Notes under the pieces: generated by a model
Database searches by the model: none
Told to the model about the DNA's origin: nothing
What the model saw: only the letters and a program-made list of their open reading frames with translations
Shown: piece by piece, positions 1-10,840 of the stretch
Position numbering within the stretch: the first letter of the stretch is position 1
Layout of the letters: every line of letters starts with the position of its first letter
Made by a program: the position numbers and the translations under genes
Source: an uncultured Nitrospinota bacterium
GTDB lineage: Bacteria > Tectomicrobia > Entotheonellia > J063 > CAVPRW01
Direction: 5' to 3'
DNA: 64,000 bases
NCBI GenBank assembly: GCA_963707985.1
Contig: CAVPRW010000024.1
Location: 160,001-224,000 of the forward strand

Positions 1-800
1 TACGGGTAACACCTGCGACGGCGTGGGCGATGAGTTCATGGGCGCGGGCGTCGAGCTGGTCGCGGTGGCGCTGCTGAAGCATTTGGACACACCCCGCCAC
101 CGCCCGCAGCGGTTCCTGAAGATCGTGCGAAGCGACATAGGCGAACTGGGCCAGATCCGCATTGGACTGCGCCAATTCCGCCGCCGTTTGGCGCAGCGCT
201 TGCTCTGCCCGCTGGCGCTCAGTGATGTCGCGAATGATGCCGCCATAAAAGCGTCCTTCAACGCTCGTCCAGGTGGACAGCGTCAGCGCCAACGGGAATT
301 CCCGGCCGTCTTTGCGCAATCCGTTGAGTTCAATCACTGTTCCCATCAGCGCCGACTTGCCTAGACCGCCCATGCGCTCTATGCCCTGCCGATGCAATGC
401 GTGATAGCGCTCTGGCATTAACCTGGTCAGCGGCTTCCCCACAACCTCATCCGCCGTGTAGCCGAAGATGCCGTGCGCCCCGTTGTTCCAGGTCAAGATG
501 CGCCCGGCGCTATCGGCGGAGATGATCGCCTCGACAGCCGACTGCGCCATGGCAGAGAAGCGGCTCTCGGCTCGTTCGCGCTCGGCGATTTCACGTTCCA
601 GGGCGGCATTCGTCTGGGAGAGTTCGGCAGTCCGCTCGGCAACCACTTGCTTAATCAGGATGCTACGACCGGTGACGATGAGGAGGAAAGCCCCTAATAC
701 GCTGGTGAACACCATCCCTCCCAACAAGACCGTCCATGGTCCTAGGCTCTGCCGTGCAGCCAGATACTCAAGAGTCGGCGTAAAGCGGAGCGCCCAACGC
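1..800 (-). CDS. PAS-domain sensor histidine kinase; runs off the window start; 5' end looks truncated (only the tail of a CHASE-type sensor plus one TM helix)
   Basis: Not in the ORF track; translated by hand from the minus strand: RWALRFTPTLEYLAARQSLGPWTVLLGGMVFTSVLGAFLLIVTGR (CHASE tail/TM), coiled coil, PAS (AIISADSAGRILTWNNGAHGIFGY...RKDGREFP...IIRDITER), then H-box FAYVASHDLQEPLRAV. Confidence 0.85.
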
Positions 801-1324
801 TAGTGGCGCGAAAGTCTCCATGGTTGGAGGTATCCAAGCGCCTCAAGCGATGCATTACGGCATACGAAGTCTGCAAGCTTATCCTACAGCGTGTCAGAGA
901 TTATAATATGATATTTGAATATTATAAAATATTATTGATATAAATATACTATAAATACGATAATTTCAAGTCAAGCCTATTCTCTTCCCTCCCATCGTAA
1001 GGACGGCCTGTTAACGTAAAAACGGTAAAAGGGCCACAACCAGGGGATATGGTAGAGTTAGCCTGCGGTTCATACTCTATTACTGAATCCAATGGTTATG
1101 TTGAGGGCCAGAGGTGCACATGAGGTGTCAGCCTGTGGCATAGGCACAGAAAGCCGTATTCTCTTTGAGGGGATGGAGAGGTTAGGACCTCAGTAGAGGT
1201 GGATGGTGGCAGAGCAGCCAAGGTATCTTGCCTGGTGAGTGACTGGTTAAGGACTGCCAAGGCTTCTTGCCTGCGAGTTGTAGCCTTGGCGGTGAATCGG
1301 CATTGCGGTGAGTCCTTCAGTGCG

Positions 1325-2002
1325 CTAGATTTTCTTTCCAGCCTCGATCAGACATTCCGTGAACACCTTATAAAACCGTTCATGCTCTCTCAACCCGCGG
1401 CTAAGAAATGTCACCAACTGTGGTAGATCATCGGGATGGAGGAGAAGGTTCACGCTCTCCATAAAGGCTTGTAAGTGATCAGCCGACTTAAAACGCTGCC
1501 CGATCAGGACTACAAACATCTCACGTCGAATATTCATATTGAGTCCAGCGAGGTAGCCCGCAATGGGATTAGGGGATTTGCCTTCAAAGTCATCATCCAG
1601 TAGTATCAGGTGATATTGGTTGAATCGCAGGCGTTTGAGGGCTTGAGCGGTAGCCGCAGGCATATCCACCAGGTAGCCCAGACCTTCCAACATTAACTTG
1701 ACTTCGCCCCGAGATTCTGACCGATTTATACATACAAGTGCGGCCGACTGACCTGGTGCTAAATAGTCCATCGCATCCGGAAGCTCATCGCCACTGTCAT
1801 CATGTCCGAGAGAGGTCACTCCCGCTGTCGCGTCATCTAGGGTTACGTCGGTCCTAGGCTCATCCAGGCTATTCATGGTCTTCGTGTTGACTAGTATTTT
1901 CCGTTTACACCGAGGACAGTTGAGACGAAACGTGATGTTCTGGGGCACCCGCTCGTCGGGGATGTGAATCACCGCCCGGCATTCTTCACAAATGATCTCC
2001 AT
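1325..2002 (-). CDS. Zinc-ribbon (MJ0042-like) plus receiver-like domain protein, downstream of pilT/pilU
   Basis: N-terminal CEEC...CPRC; C-terminal REC-like fold (LILLDDDF); GGAGAGG RBS before ATG at 2002. Confidence 0.7.
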   Translation of the reverse strand: MEIICEECRAVIHIPDERVPQNITFRLNCPRCKRKILVNTKTMNSLDEPRTDVTLDDATAGVTSLGHDDSGDELPDAMDYLAPGQSAALVCINRSESRGEVKLMLEGLGYLVDMPAATAQALKRLRFNQYHLILLDDDFEGKSPNPIAGYLAGLNMNIRREMFVVLIGQRFKSADHLQAFMESVNLLLHPDDLPQLVTFLSRGLREHERFYKVFTECLIEAGKKI

Positions 2003-2022
2003 AACCTCTCCACCTCTAAACA

Positions 2023-3199
2023 TTACCTGATGAGTGTGATCTTGCCATATTCTTGGTCGAGCGCTAGGTCCTCGATATCGCTTGTGAGCATGCCCCACTC
2101 CTTCTTTGCCTCGTCGATACCACGGCGTGCCACCGACTTACGCGAGGCATAGGCCAGAGCGGTATCCTCGTCAACCACCCCTTCCTGAAAAAGTTTAATG
2201 ATGCTTTGATCGAACGTTTGCATCCCAAAAGGCTCCGCAGCTTCAATGATCTCATAGAACGTCTTACCCTCCGACTCGCCGTTCAACACAGAATCTTTGA
2301 CGCGAAGGTTCGTCCCCATGATTTCCAATGCGGCGACGCGCCCTCCATCAATCCGTGGCAGAAGTCGTTGGGAGACAATCCAGCGGAGGGTATTCGCCAA
2401 GCGGATGCGCACGAGTTTCTCTTCATCCTTGTCGAACATTCCAAGAATGCGCGTAATCGTTTGCCCCGCATCGATGGTATGCATAGTGCTCAAGACCAAA
2501 TGGCCGGTTTCTGCAGCCGACAGCGCGATCTCAACCGTCTCGCGATCGCGCATCTCACCCACAAGAATGACCTTAGGCGCCTGGCGGAGCGCAGCGCGGA
2601 GACCATTGGCAAAGGTGTCGAAGTCGCTCCCGAGTTCGCGCTGGTTGATGGTGGCCTTCTTGTGAGGATGGACAAACTCCATGGGGTCTTCGAGCGTCAC
2701 AATGTGCATGGCCTTAGTCTGGTTCATTCGATCGATGAGAGCCGCCAATGTCGTAGATTTCCCGCTTCCAGTGGCGCCGGTGACCAAGATCAGGCCATTT
2801 TTCTCCTGGGGCATCTGATGGAAAACTGGGGGAAGATGCAGGTCATCAATCGTGAGAATCTGTGTGCTCAATTTTCTGAGCACGATGCAGTAGGAATTTC
2901 GTTGCTGAAAGACATTGGTGCGGAAGCGAGCCTTGCCGATCAGCGCATAGGAACAATCACATGATCCTTGTGCGATTAAGAGCTGTGAGAGTCGCCGATC
3001 GCATTGCATCAGGTGCAGGGCCAGTGTCTCAGTCTGGAATGGCGTGAGCCTCTCCAAGCGTGGGTCGATCCCAACCGGGGTCAACTCGCCTGACACCTCT
3101 ACCTGCGGTGGTTTCGCCACCGAGAAATTCATAGTCGGAGACATTGTCATGGCTTTCTAACATGCGCCTAAGAAGATAATCGACATCCGCCTTTCGCAT
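2023..3199 (-). CDS. pilU: PilT/PilU-family type IV pilus retraction ATPase (1-nt frameshift near 3133)
   Basis: Walker A GATGSGKST, TLEDP, ALRQAP, VGEMRD, HLVLSTMHT; the likely true N-terminus MRKADVDYLLRRMLESHDNVSD lies in another frame starting at 3199. Confidence 0.85.
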
Positions 3200-3211
3200 A
3201 GTTGCCCCCCT

Positions 3212-4291
3212 TTATTCCCATCCGTCAACTGGTTTGTGGGTCAGATATGCGGCAAACTTAGCCTTATCGGTACACCGACTATACGCCTCCTCGGCGCCGA
3301 TCCAACCTTTCTTCAACAGATCTTCTATGGCATTGTCCAGCGATTGCATACCGTATTTCCGACCGGTCTGAATCACTGAAGGAATCTGGAAGGTTTTATT
3401 TTCACGGATAAGGTTAGCACAGGCGGGAGTACAGATCAGGATCTCTAATGCCGCACACCGGCCCTTGACATCGATGCGCTTGAATAATGTTTGGGCCACC
3501 ACCGCTTTTAGGCTATCTGATAGTGTCGAACGAATCTGCTCTTGCTGGTTCGCGGGGAACACATCGATGATCCGATCCACCGTTTTAGAAGCACTTTGGG
3601 TATGCAATGTACCAAACACGAGATGGCCCGTCGCCGCTGCTTCAATAGCTAACTGGATCGTCTCAAGGTCGCGCATTTCCCCAACCAAGATGATGTCAGG
3701 GTCCTCACGCAATGCCGCTCGTAACGCTGTGGCAAATGAGCGTGTATGCCGGCCAACCTCGCGATGATTGACGATACAGCCCTGACTGCGATGGACAAAT
3801 TCGACGGGGTCCTCAACGGTGATGATGTGATCCTTGCGATGCTTGTTGGCGTAGTCGACGATCGCCGCAAGAGTGGTCGACTTTCCACTCCCCGTCGGAC
3901 CAGTGACCAGGACGAGCCCCTTATGCAGCATGGCGAGCTGTGTCGTGACAGGCGGTAAGCCGAGCTGGTCAGCTGTCATAACAGTGCTGGGGATGAGCCG
4001 GAAGACAGCCCCGATACCATGTAGCTGTCGGAAAAAGTTCGCACGGTAGCGCGCAAGTCCAGGAATCTCGTAGGCAAAATCGACATCACCGGTTTCCTCA
4101 AAAATTTTGATCTTGTCTTCTGAAGCGATTTCATAGAGCATGGAGGTGAGTTCATCATCGTCAAAGAGCTTGTATTTGATCCGCTCCATATCACCTCGAA
4201 TCCTCAAAATCGGCTGCGAACCAGCCACCACATGCAGATCTGAGGCACCGAGATCGCCCATCAATTTGAAGAACGCATCGATTTTCGCCAT
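3212..4291 (-). CDS. pilT: Type IV pilus twitching motility ATPase PilT
   Basis: ASDLH, GPTGSGKST, TVEDP, ALREDPD, GEMRD, TLHT, ANLIRE motifs. Confidence 0.93.
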   Translation of the reverse strand: MAKIDAFFKLMGDLGASDLHVVAGSQPILRIRGDMERIKYKLFDDDELTSMLYEIASEDKIKIFEETGDVDFAYEIPGLARYRANFFRQLHGIGAVFRLIPSTVMTADQLGLPPVTTQLAMLHKGLVLVTGPTGSGKSTTLAAIVDYANKHRKDHIITVEDPVEFVHRSQGCIVNHREVGRHTRSFATALRAALREDPDIILVGEMRDLETIQLAIEAAATGHLVFGTLHTQSASKTVDRIIDVFPANQQEQIRSTLSDSLKAVVAQTLFKRIDVKGRCAALEILICTPACANLIRENKTFQIPSVIQTGRKYGMQSLDNAIEDLLKKGWIGAEEAYSRCTDKAKFAAYLTHKPVDGWE

Positions 4292-4575
4292 TGGTCCCAT
4301 CCCTCCTGGTCCAAAATTATATGGTCTGTTAGATGTGCTTTCGACCTGCAGACTGATCTGAGAAAAGAGCGTCGATTATGCGCGGATAGAAGCCCGTGAG
4401 GACCTCGCTCCACCCGTTGGCGAGCAGGTGACTCAGCGCCGCTAATAATAGCAGGTGCATGTACTATGCAGAGATATCGGTGTCAGGATTGAGACACTTG
4501 AGAGGAGCACAGCGACCTTCCGGGACTACATACAGCTCAGTCCAGACAAGGCCAAGGTGTCAGGTAGCCGCAAGG

Positions 4576-6129
4576 TCAGGGTCTAATCTCCCATCCCTGT
4601 ACCTTGAGATAGGCATTCCAGATCTGTTCCGGGGTAATACCATGTTTGTCCGACATGCGTTGGAGGATGCGCTGCTCCACCGTCCTACGTTCTTCCGCAG
4701 TACCAGACTGCAAATCTCGGAGCTGTTGTTCGAGCTCCAGATAAATTCGTACTTCATCCGACGTCGGGCGTGGAATGAACTCGACAGCTGTCGACGACAG
4801 ACTGATCGGTTCCAGTCGAAGCGCAGGTCTTTTCTCCAGGCTCGGCGGTTTCATGTCAACCCGCTTGATCTCATCGGCCGAACCCTCGCCCTCATGGCGC
4901 CTACTCGCCACATTCCGATGCACCCATCCCTTCCGCGCGCCGCCAAGTTCGACCTGAAACCACTCACCGTGCTCGGCTATGAAGTCGAGCACATCATCCT
5001 TCTTCAGCTGTTTGATGGACTCGTGGTTCATGCCAGGTCCATTTCGGACGTTCACAATCGGTGCGGTCACGATCACGGTGGGCCTAGCGTCATCAACTTT
5101 GGCTGCAGAGGGCATGCTATCAGGCTGGCCCAGTTCGGCAATGGCGTTTCCCAGCAAGGCTTGGATCGCGTGCTCGGCACGCTGCAGGTCTCGATCGGTG
5201 AAGGACCTTTCGTTAATCAGTACCTCGAAGTATAAATCGGGCATAGCGGCCAGCTGTTTATGCATGTCTATCAATGCATTCTGGGCCGCGAAATGCGGTG
5301 TGATCGGCGACACCGCTTCATGCAACCGAGTCTCCTCTCCATGGCCTTTGAGATCATCCATCCATTGGGCAGTCCATGTCTGCCATTCACTGGCACGCGG
5401 GTCAACCCTGGGAAAGCCCCCCTTCACCCGCTCTTGCTGATATCGTCCCTGCAGGCGCGACCAGAAGCCTGTGAGTGTCCCTAAGGTATCGCGTAAATGT
5501 TGACGGATGGTTTCCCGGGCGAGCTGCTCCCGTGCCTGGCTGTCCTGTTGCTCTGCAGTGGTGCCGATGGTGAGCGTCTTGGATAGGCGAATGATCGCTG
5601 CATCGATCTCGCGCGAGCTGTTTCCAGGTAGCGGGGAAGCCTTCATGAACGGCAATCGGAGCAAAGATTGCTGAACAAAGGGAGATTGCCGCGACGGATC
5701 GAACTCTACAGTGAGACGGTACACACCGGGCTGGAGGGCGTCCTGTGGATCGTGCAGATAATACTTGATATAAAGCTCCGGTCCAAGCTCCAGCGTAAAG
5801 AGGCGATTCATGACCAATGCCTCTTTAACTTCTATTGAGCCGCTACCCACTCTGTCAAGTGTCCCGACCAGAATAATCCCATTTGGTAAATTGGTGGTAC
5901 CATTTACACGGATGTGCCCGACCTCAGCGGTAACCGTATAGTCAAAGATTCGCGCTTCCTGGGGCAGGTTGTCTTGCTGCACCTGTGAAGCCTCTCGGTT
6001 TGTGAAAAAGCGAGAGGAAAACAATCCGATAGCGGCGATCCCAAGGGCGAGAACGAGGCTGACCACTAGGATGCCGCCGAATATCCGCCCGCTTGAACGC
6101 TGCTGAAGTCGTCCTAGGTGCGTAGCCAT
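4576..6129 (-). CDS. Membrane-anchored hypothetical protein with a bacterial SH3 (SH3b) domain
   Basis: N-terminal TM helix; VNVRNGPG...GEWFQV...KGWVH SH3b signature near the C-terminus; the rest is unrecognised. Confidence 0.7.
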   Translation of the reverse strand: MATHLGRLQQRSSGRIFGGILVVSLVLALGIAAIGLFSSRFFTNREASQVQQDNLPQEARIFDYTVTAEVGHIRVNGTTNLPNGIILVGTLDRVGSGSIEVKEALVMNRLFTLELGPELYIKYYLHDPQDALQPGVYRLTVEFDPSRQSPFVQQSLLRLPFMKASPLPGNSSREIDAAIIRLSKTLTIGTTAEQQDSQAREQLARETIRQHLRDTLGTLTGFWSRLQGRYQQERVKGGFPRVDPRASEWQTWTAQWMDDLKGHGEETRLHEAVSPITPHFAAQNALIDMHKQLAAMPDLYFEVLINERSFTDRDLQRAEHAIQALLGNAIAELGQPDSMPSAAKVDDARPTVIVTAPIVNVRNGPGMNHESIKQLKKDDVLDFIAEHGEWFQVELGGARKGWVHRNVASRRHEGEGSADEIKRVDMKPPSLEKRPALRLEPISLSSTAVEFIPRPTSDEVRIYLELEQQLRDLQSGTAEERRTVEQRILQRMSDKHGITPEQIWNAYLKVQGWEIRP

Positions 6130-6416
6130 AGTGGGGGTGGATTGCCATCTCGGTTAGGGATGACCACGGGCTTGGTAAGTCCACGCTAACATGACACGAA
6201 GATATGCAACGGCTGCTTAAAAGTCAAGGCTCATCCGACCGCACGCCGCCGTTGCAATAGGATTCCGAATATGTTAGGGTGCGTCAACTTGTCGAACAGA
6301 GGTTGAGAACGAGTGCGTTGTCACCCTTGGAGATAGACGAACCGAACCCCGAGTTGTTGCACTCGGAGGCACGGTCCTCATCAGAATCTTGAGTGTGCTC
6401 GTGGCGGGAGGAAGGG

Positions 6417-6632
6417 ATGGGCCGCTTTATCTCAACGATTATCTTAATGGTTCTCTATAGCGGTGTGGGATTGGTACTGTTGATGGTGGTTTATCGTCTG
6501 GTGGATGCCTTCGCTCCCTTCGATGTGGAAAAGAAGATCGCCGAGGACAACAGCACGGCCACCGCACTTTTTCTCGCGGGGATCTTTGTTGCCCTCGGCT
6601 GCATACTCGGTGCCGTGATTATACGCCCATGA
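6417..6632 (+). CDS. DUF350 family small membrane protein
   Basis: 71 aa with two TM helices; FDVEKKIAEDNSTATALFLAGIFVALG pattern; GGAGG RBS. Confidence 0.8.
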   Translation: MGRFISTIILMVLYSGVGLVLLMVVYRLVDAFAPFDVEKKIAEDNSTATALFLAGIFVALGCILGAVIIRP

Positions 6633-6733
6633 ACGGCCAACCCTTATGTCTCCCGACCGGGTTGGCAAACACCGTTGGTTGGAGAGGGAAGGTCGTGCCA
6701 CCAACCCTTCCTTCGCCGCGTGTCATCCAGAGC

Positions 6734-7423
6734 TCAGGGGGCAGGTGGAAGCTCCTTCTGGACCTTGGCTTTTAACGCATGAAGTGCTTGTTCGACATCG
6801 GTGGAACTTTCTAGAGCTCTAAACCTTTGATCCATGGTGTCACCACTGAGTTCTTGGGAGAGTTCCACTGCTGCTCCGGCTTGGGCCTCGATTTCCTCGA
6901 CCTTCGCCGACATACGATCAAAGGACTCAAAGGCGCTGGTATCAGTAAGCCCTGCCATCACCTCGTGAATATGCTTCTGGGCTTGGGCACGCTTCTGGCG
7001 CGCCACAAGAAGGTTTTTCTTGCGCCCCGCCTCCTCGATTTTTTGGCTGAGAGCCCGCAGCGAATTTTTCAAATTCTCGGTGCTGGACTGCTGTGCATCC
7101 CACTGTTTTTTATAGCCGATGGCAATTTGCTCATGCTCAGCCTTGCGACGCAGGGCCTCACGTGCTAGGTCATCTTCACCCTTTTGCACCGCCATCGTCG
7201 CGCGTCGCTCCCATTCTCGTACTTGCTCGAGCTCGGCTTCCAACTGGACCGCCAAACGTTTTTCATCAGCAATCGCCACAGCAACTTCACGTTTCGCCTC
7301 TACGAGTTGCTGACGCATCTGAATGAGGATCTGATCTAGCATCTTTTCGGGATCCTCAGCCTTGTTGATCAAATGATTGAGGTTCGATTTAATGACCGTA
7401 GTCACGCGATCCATAATGCCCAT
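6734..7423 (-). CDS. pspA: PspA/IM30 (ESCRT-III-like) family protein
   Basis: MGIMDRV...KAEDPEKMLDQ, EDDLAREAL, SAFESFDRM; coiled coil throughout. Confidence 0.92.
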   Translation of the reverse strand: MGIMDRVTTVIKSNLNHLINKAEDPEKMLDQILIQMRQQLVEAKREVAVAIADEKRLAVQLEAELEQVREWERRATMAVQKGEDDLAREALRRKAEHEQIAIGYKKQWDAQQSSTENLKNSLRALSQKIEEAGRKKNLLVARQKRAQAQKHIHEVMAGLTDTSAFESFDRMSAKVEEIEAQAGAAVELSQELSGDTMDQRFRALESSTDVEQALHALKAKVQKELPPAP

Positions 7424-7477
7424 GTGTGGTTCTCCTTATCTTTCCCTGCATTATCTGCACTTGGAAGAACAATCATA

Positions 7478-7810
7478 TCAGTTTCGAAACGCGTTGAGCC
7501 TCTGATAATCCTGTGTACTCGCAAGTAATAGCGCTTCTAATGACGCTTGAAATTCATTAAAATCGAGGTGCTCTGACTGCAGCGTGTCTATGAGCACCAC
7601 ATTATCTCCCTCGATACCATATGCTCCATGAATCATGTTACTAGCGTTAAGTTCGAGAAGTAATTTAAAAAATTCTTCACACCTCTCTTTTGGGATTTCC
7701 ATCAGCTTCACTCTAAACACGACTAAAGGTGGTTCATAGGTGACTACAATGGTAATCGTATCATGAATAACCCACATGTGAGACTCAACTGATTCAAAAG
7801 GGTATTCCAT
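7478..7810 (-). CDS. CesT/Tir-chaperone-like (YbjN-like) protein; may start near 7850 with a frameshift
   Basis: LLELNASNMIHGAYGIEGDNVVLIDTL...EFQASL; adjacent to pspA. Confidence 0.75.
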   Translation of the reverse strand: MEYPFESVESHMWVIHDTITIVVTYEPPLVVFRVKLMEIPKERCEEFFKLLLELNASNMIHGAYGIEGDNVVLIDTLQSEHLDFNEFQASLEALLLASTQDYQRLNAFRN

Positions 7811-7865
7811 CTGAATTAGATAATGTTCGATGTTATCGTAGTGTATCCATATTGTGCAATACTCC

Positions 7866-8588
7866 TTATATCACTTCAAGGGTGATCCATAAATCATAAA
7901 GGCTATGTGTATAGGCCGTGATTCCATAGCCACGCGCAAAGTACAACCCAGTCAAAACCAATCCAGCTATCACTCGAAACACAAACGACGAAAGCTGCCA
8001 CGGATCACCAAAAGGTCCTATATAGTGAAAAGCCGCGAACAAGATGGCGCCGAGAGCTGCTGCCACGCCATATGCCACCAGCTGCTGGAAATGTAAGAGA
8101 CGATGAAAGAAGAATATTAGAGCCCCCAGCAGCAGGACGCGAAACACGAATTCTTCATAGATCCCAGCTCCCAGCGAGACCAGAATCTGCGCCGATCGAC
8201 TTAAGGGTAACGGCTGCGCCAACAGAAGGCGCGTCAGCGCGCTGACCAGTGCCCCGAATACCACAGAATATACCAGACTCTCGGCCAACATCCATCCCAG
8301 AACTCCGAGACGAATCGACCCGAAGCGTGGCCCCCCTCCCAAGAGCCGGAACAGGAGGAGCGCCACGACCATCGCGAGGCCGAAGGCGAAGAAGCCGTGA
8401 ATACCCACATAAGCCAAGAAGAGCTTTAAGAATACATCGGCGCTATTGCGAATGCCATAGAGGTCCGAGTGATTCAGGAAAACCGCGAAGCCCTCGTAGG
8501 CCAGCAGAAGCGGCATGGCAAATAGTAGACTATACTGAGGTGAGCGCGAGAGCTGAAAATACGTCGGTTGGACGTAGCGCCGGGCCAT
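7866..8588 (-). CDS. CPBP family intramembrane glutamic endopeptidase (CAAX/Abi protease)
   Basis: EEFVFR, FAAFH and HSLYD motifs; multi-TM. Confidence 0.88.
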   Translation of the reverse strand: MARRYVQPTYFQLSRSPQYSLLFAMPLLLAYEGFAVFLNHSDLYGIRNSADVFLKLFLAYVGIHGFFAFGLAMVVALLLFRLLGGGPRFGSIRLGVLGWMLAESLVYSVVFGALVSALTRLLLAQPLPLSRSAQILVSLGAGIYEEFVFRVLLLGALIFFFHRLLHFQQLVAYGVAAALGAILFAAFHYIGPFGDPWQLSSFVFRVIAGLVLTGLYFARGYGITAYTHSLYDLWITLEVI

Positions 8589-8597
8589 GGTGATCTA

Positions 8598-9452
8598 TTA
8601 CTCGCGCAGGTATCTAAGGAACTCCATCTGAGGAGGCAAAAGTAGGGTCGTTTTGCCCTTCAGCGATTTTCTGTAGGCTTCAAGCGTGCGGGTAAAGGTA
8701 AAAAAATCAGGATCTTGCTGGAAGGCTTCGGCATACACGCGCATCGCCGCTGCATCCCCCTCGCCACGGATGGCTTGTTCGTGTTCGTAGGCCTCGGCCA
8801 GCATGATCGTTTTCTGCTTGTCGGATTCGGCGCGAATCTTCAACGCTTCCTCTTGCCCTTCCGAACGGTATCGTTTGGCTTCGCGCTCGCGCTCGGTGCG
8901 CATGCGGCCATATACGGCCTGGGCGTTTTCAGCTGGTAAATCGGCCCGCTTAATTCGAACGTCGATCACATGGATCCCATAAGCTTTCGAGGCCTCATCA
9001 CTGGCAAGAGTTACCGCTCGCATGATCGGATCGCGCTTGCTGGCAATCACTTCAACCAAATCATGCAAGCCCAATTGCTCGCGAACCTTGGAGTAGATGA
9101 TGTCATCCAGGCGTGCCTGTGCGCCTGCCTCATTCTGGACGGTCTGCAGAAATTTGAGGGGGTCCCTGATCTGCCATTTGGCATAGTTATCAACCACCAA
9201 ATTCTTCTTGTCGCGTGTAATCACCGGTGCAGGCGCGGCGTCATAATCGAGGAGGCGATCTTCAAAGAAGGTGAGCTGCTGCAGAAATGGCAGCTTGAAG
9301 TGCAGGCCTGGGGTCTGCACCAGACGCACTGGACGACCGAGTTGGGTGACGACGACTTGTTCGGTCTCCGATACGACATAGAGTGTCCGCGATACGATGA
9401 TTACTAGGGCACCGACACCTATGATCCACCACAACGCCGATGCTCCTGGCAT
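8598..9452 (-). CDS. hflC: FtsH modulator HflC
   Basis: SPFH domain, ITRDKKNLVVD, DVRIKRADLP, RMRTERER, FTRTLEAY. Confidence 0.92.
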   Translation of the reverse strand: MPGASALWWIIGVGALVIIVSRTLYVVSETEQVVVTQLGRPVRLVQTPGLHFKLPFLQQLTFFEDRLLDYDAAPAPVITRDKKNLVVDNYAKWQIRDPLKFLQTVQNEAGAQARLDDIIYSKVREQLGLHDLVEVIASKRDPIMRAVTLASDEASKAYGIHVIDVRIKRADLPAENAQAVYGRMRTEREREAKRYRSEGQEEALKIRAESDKQKTIMLAEAYEHEQAIRGEGDAAAMRVYAEAFQQDPDFFTFTRTLEAYRKSLKGKTTLLLPPQMEFLRYLRE

Positions 9453-9472
9453 GGATGGGCTCCCTCTACCGC

Positions 9473-10515
9473 TTAGCGCTTCTCACCGACGCCATCGAGG
9501 CCAGACTGATTCCCACCTTTGCCGAGCGGCAGGATGGGGAGTACATTGGTACCAGCCCTCTCTTCCAGGATGATCTTGTCCATTTGTGGGAGGACCTCTT
9601 CGAGCGTTTCTAATAACAACCGCTTCCGGGTAATCTCTTTGGCGGCGTGGTATTCTCCAAGTACCTGTAAAAATCGTTGTGCCTCCCCCTGAGCGCGGCG
9701 GATTTTTTCCTCACGATAGGCTTCTGCTTCGCGCAGAATCATTTCCACTCGGCCTCGGACCTCTGGGATGATGGCGCTCCGATAGCCTTCCGCCTCGTTG
9801 ATGAAACGGGCCTTATCCTCACGGGCGCTGGCTACATCTTTAAAGGCATCGATGACCTGTTTCGGCGGTTGCACCTCCTGTAGTTGTACGGCAATGATCT
9901 GCAACCCTGCTTCATAGTTGTTCAAAATGGTTTGCAGCAACGCCTTGGTCTCTTCCTGGATTTCGAGCTTGCCGACCGTTAAAGCTTCATCAATGTGACG
10001 GCGGCCAATCACTTCCCGTAAGGCAGCTTCACTGGCGGACTTGACGGTGTCTGCGAGATGGCGAACTTTAAAGAGGTACTTGGCGGGATCGGCAATGCGA
10101 TACTGCACTACCAGATCGATATCGATGATATTTTCATCGCCGGTCAACATCAATGATTCGGAGGCGACATCCGCATAGCGTGCCGGAGGACCAGGATCGA
10201 TGCTGCGGAAGCCGATCTCAACCCGCTGCACCTCAGTCACCTTCGGCCGTAGAATGGCTTCGAGAGGATACGGCCAATGCCAATGGAACCCGGGTCCGTG
10301 GTGGCCACATGCTTGCCAAAGCGGAGGACAATCCCGCGTTGGTCCGGTCCAACGGTGTAGGCACCGCTAGCGAGCCACACGGCTACCATCACCGCAACGA
10401 CCAGCCATAGGAGCTGTGGGCTGAGCTGTTGGAGCCGCAAAGACGGGAGATGAAAGGGCGTCCAACCGAAACCCCCTCCAGCTCCTTTGCGAAAATTGAA
10501 ATCGTCCCATGCCAT
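9473..10515 (-). CDS. hflK: FtsH modulator HflK (1-nt frameshift near 10287)
   Basis: MAWDD N-terminus, TM, GIVLRFGK; restored frame reads G[F]HWHWPYPLE..KVTEV; MLTGDENI, VQPPKQVIDAFKDV. Confidence 0.9.
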
Positions 10516-10840
10516 GGTGACGCCCCCGCCGCACTGCGTTATCCGCTCAGGGCGTGGTCACTTCCCCGCGGCTCCTGTGATCACCATAACAGAGCCTCCA
10601 TGAGGCGTCAATAGCGAAGGAAAGGCTGTCGTATCCCCCTTCCAACGCGCCCTAGGCCCTTGTCAGCTCCTTGGATAGCTATGAGGGATGAATTGAACTT
10701 GCGTTTTGGCGGAAGTTTGCGCACAATACAAGCCAATTTCCAAACGGCAACCGAGGCGCGCACATAGCCCTCGCTGGTGATATCTGTGTGACTGACAGTC
10801 ATACGCGCTGGCCGAGAGGTCTAGACGGGACATCGTCACT

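Noticed and set aside
23..803. Plus-strand ORFs 23-364, 468-803 and 473-697
   Set aside because: They are antisense shadows of the minus-strand PAS kinase.
4459..5235. 258-aa plus-strand ORF, and similar long antisense ORFs (2206-2964, 26826-27590, 39014-39814, 45968-46819, 61912-62733)
   Set aside because: They overlap well-supported genes on the opposite strand, have no motifs, and are expected at this GC content.
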